A DNA stretch of 40,079 bases from Octopus bimaculoides (taxonomy: Eukaryota). The position numbers and the translations under genes are program-made. The notes under the pieces are model-generated. The model was not told where the DNA came from and did not search any database. It was given only the letters and a program-made list of their open reading frames with translations. Below, in pieces: positions 38,461 through 40,079 of this stretch. Numbering within the stretch: the stretch's first letter is position 1; every line of letters begins with the position of its first letter. The stretch lies in NCBI RefSeq assembly GCF_001194135.2, contig NC_068983.1, positions 116,858,378 to 116,898,456 of the forward strand, read 5' to 3'.

Positions 38461-39050
38461 GTACGTAAAAAATAGTAAGTTTATTGCGTTTTAAAATTGT
38501 TGTCTAAATAATCATGACAACATATGCAGAGCGGCTATATTCGTGATTAAGTTAAGTGTTTTTGTACAAACTCCAGTTACACACAACCCATTTGACATAT
38601 ATGAGTTTTTTTTTTTAATCCCGAGGCAATTTCTATTGAGTTAAATACATTGACCTTAAATTTATCTTTATATATTTCTGCTTAGCTTGAAAGAATTAAA
38701 GGAAGCATGAGGCGTTTCGAGATCTTATATTCACAAATACTTGCTTCGAAAACACTGGATTACATGACATATCGTCACATACTATAATGGATATGTTTTT
38801 CAATACAATGGAGAGGAACGAAATTGAGATATATGACGTTAAACTATTTTATGTCTCATATTTTAAGAGAAATATATACACATGCGTTCCATTTAGTTTA
38901 TTAACAAATTTATCACACCTGCAGTTATGCCCTGCAATTATGCTAGATCTGTTCGAGGCAGAATATGAATATATCAAAAACAGAGCAATTCTATGCAAAA
39001 TATAAACAGCGGCTAACAATAGTTTATCATAATTTGATGTAACTAAAGAT

Positions 39051-39144
<94 letters not shown>

Positions 39145-39366
39145 NNNNNNNNNNNNNNNNNNNNNNNNNNNNNNNNNNNNNNNNNNNNNNNNNNNNNNNN
39201 NNNNNNNNNNNNNNNNNNNNNNNNNNNNNNNNNNNNNNNNNNNNNNNNNNNNNNNNNNNNNNNNNNNNNNNNNNNNNNNNNNNNNNNNNNNNNNNNNNNN
39301 NNNNNNNNNNNNNNNNNNNNNNNNNNNNNNNNNNNNNNNNNNNNNNNNNNNNNNNNNNNNNNNNNN

Positions 39367-39405
<39 letters not shown>

Positions 39406-40033
39406 GTGTGTGTGTGTGTGTGAGTGTATGTGTGTGTGTAGTGTAACTGTTCGGTAAAGTGTTTATGAAAGAGACTAGTACATTAATGAATAACCTACAT
39501 TGTATAGTTGCACTTTTGAGAGTTTGTCATTAATTAAGCAATATCACATTTATATAAAAACACAGAGTAAATCAAATAAGATGAAATTAAATTTAGCCTT
39601 TGAAGACATTATTTTGAATCTAATAGAAGTAAAAGTATGTAATTTCAATGCCATTTCTGTGCAGAAAAAGCACAAATATTCAAATTTGTGTCATGCCTAG
39701 TTCAGTAATGTGAACTAAAATATGATTATTGCAGCAAATAGATGGACTACTCTCAGTTATTAACCAATCAATTTGCAGCAAACACTGTAACTGTATAACG
39801 ATAGCACTATATAGACATCATATGACCATACAATACATACATTGATCAACAGGAAAACAGAAGTGACCATGAACAGCAAGTATAAGATGCAAACAGTTAT
39901 ATACACACAAGCGTATAGAATAACTATGCTACGGTGCTACATTTATTCTGATAATATCGAAGTACTCATCAACACTTCTAGCAATGACAATGCATAAAGG
40001 TAAAGATCAATAGTGCAACCCCTGAATAATTGC

Positions 40034-40079
<46 letters not shown>

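Noticed and set aside
38686-38790. Strong acceptor after exon C as the next exon
   Set aside because: In the required phase it gives an immediate stop (TCT TGA). It is possible as a terminal exon but unsupported.

Overview
AT-rich, microsatellite-dense eukaryotic genomic DNA with five assembly gaps. The SINE and LINE families look like those I recall from coleoid cephalopods (probably Octopus); this is recognition, not a search. There are no prokaryotic features. The main result is a + strand spliced host gene that the ORF track misses. Three short exons (12432-12575, 27105-27219, 38404-38460), separated by introns of about 14.5 and 11.2 kb, splice in phase into about 105 aa holding three tandem TPR motifs. 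The rest is intron and upstream DNA filled with decayed transposons: mariner relics, R4/Dong-like fragments in (AAT)n tracts, RTE and CR1-like LINE fragments, a Penelope-like element, Helitron termini with an N-terminal ORF, and tRNA-derived SINEs. Nearly all ORFs in the supplied track are microsatellite, gap or antisense artefacts, or TE relics. I found no convincing new multi-gene system. The best leads are the TPR gene, a possible 10.2-kb nested Helitron inside its intron, an (AAT)n-associated R4/Dong cluster with inverted compound microsatellites, and several potential intronic dsRNA structures.
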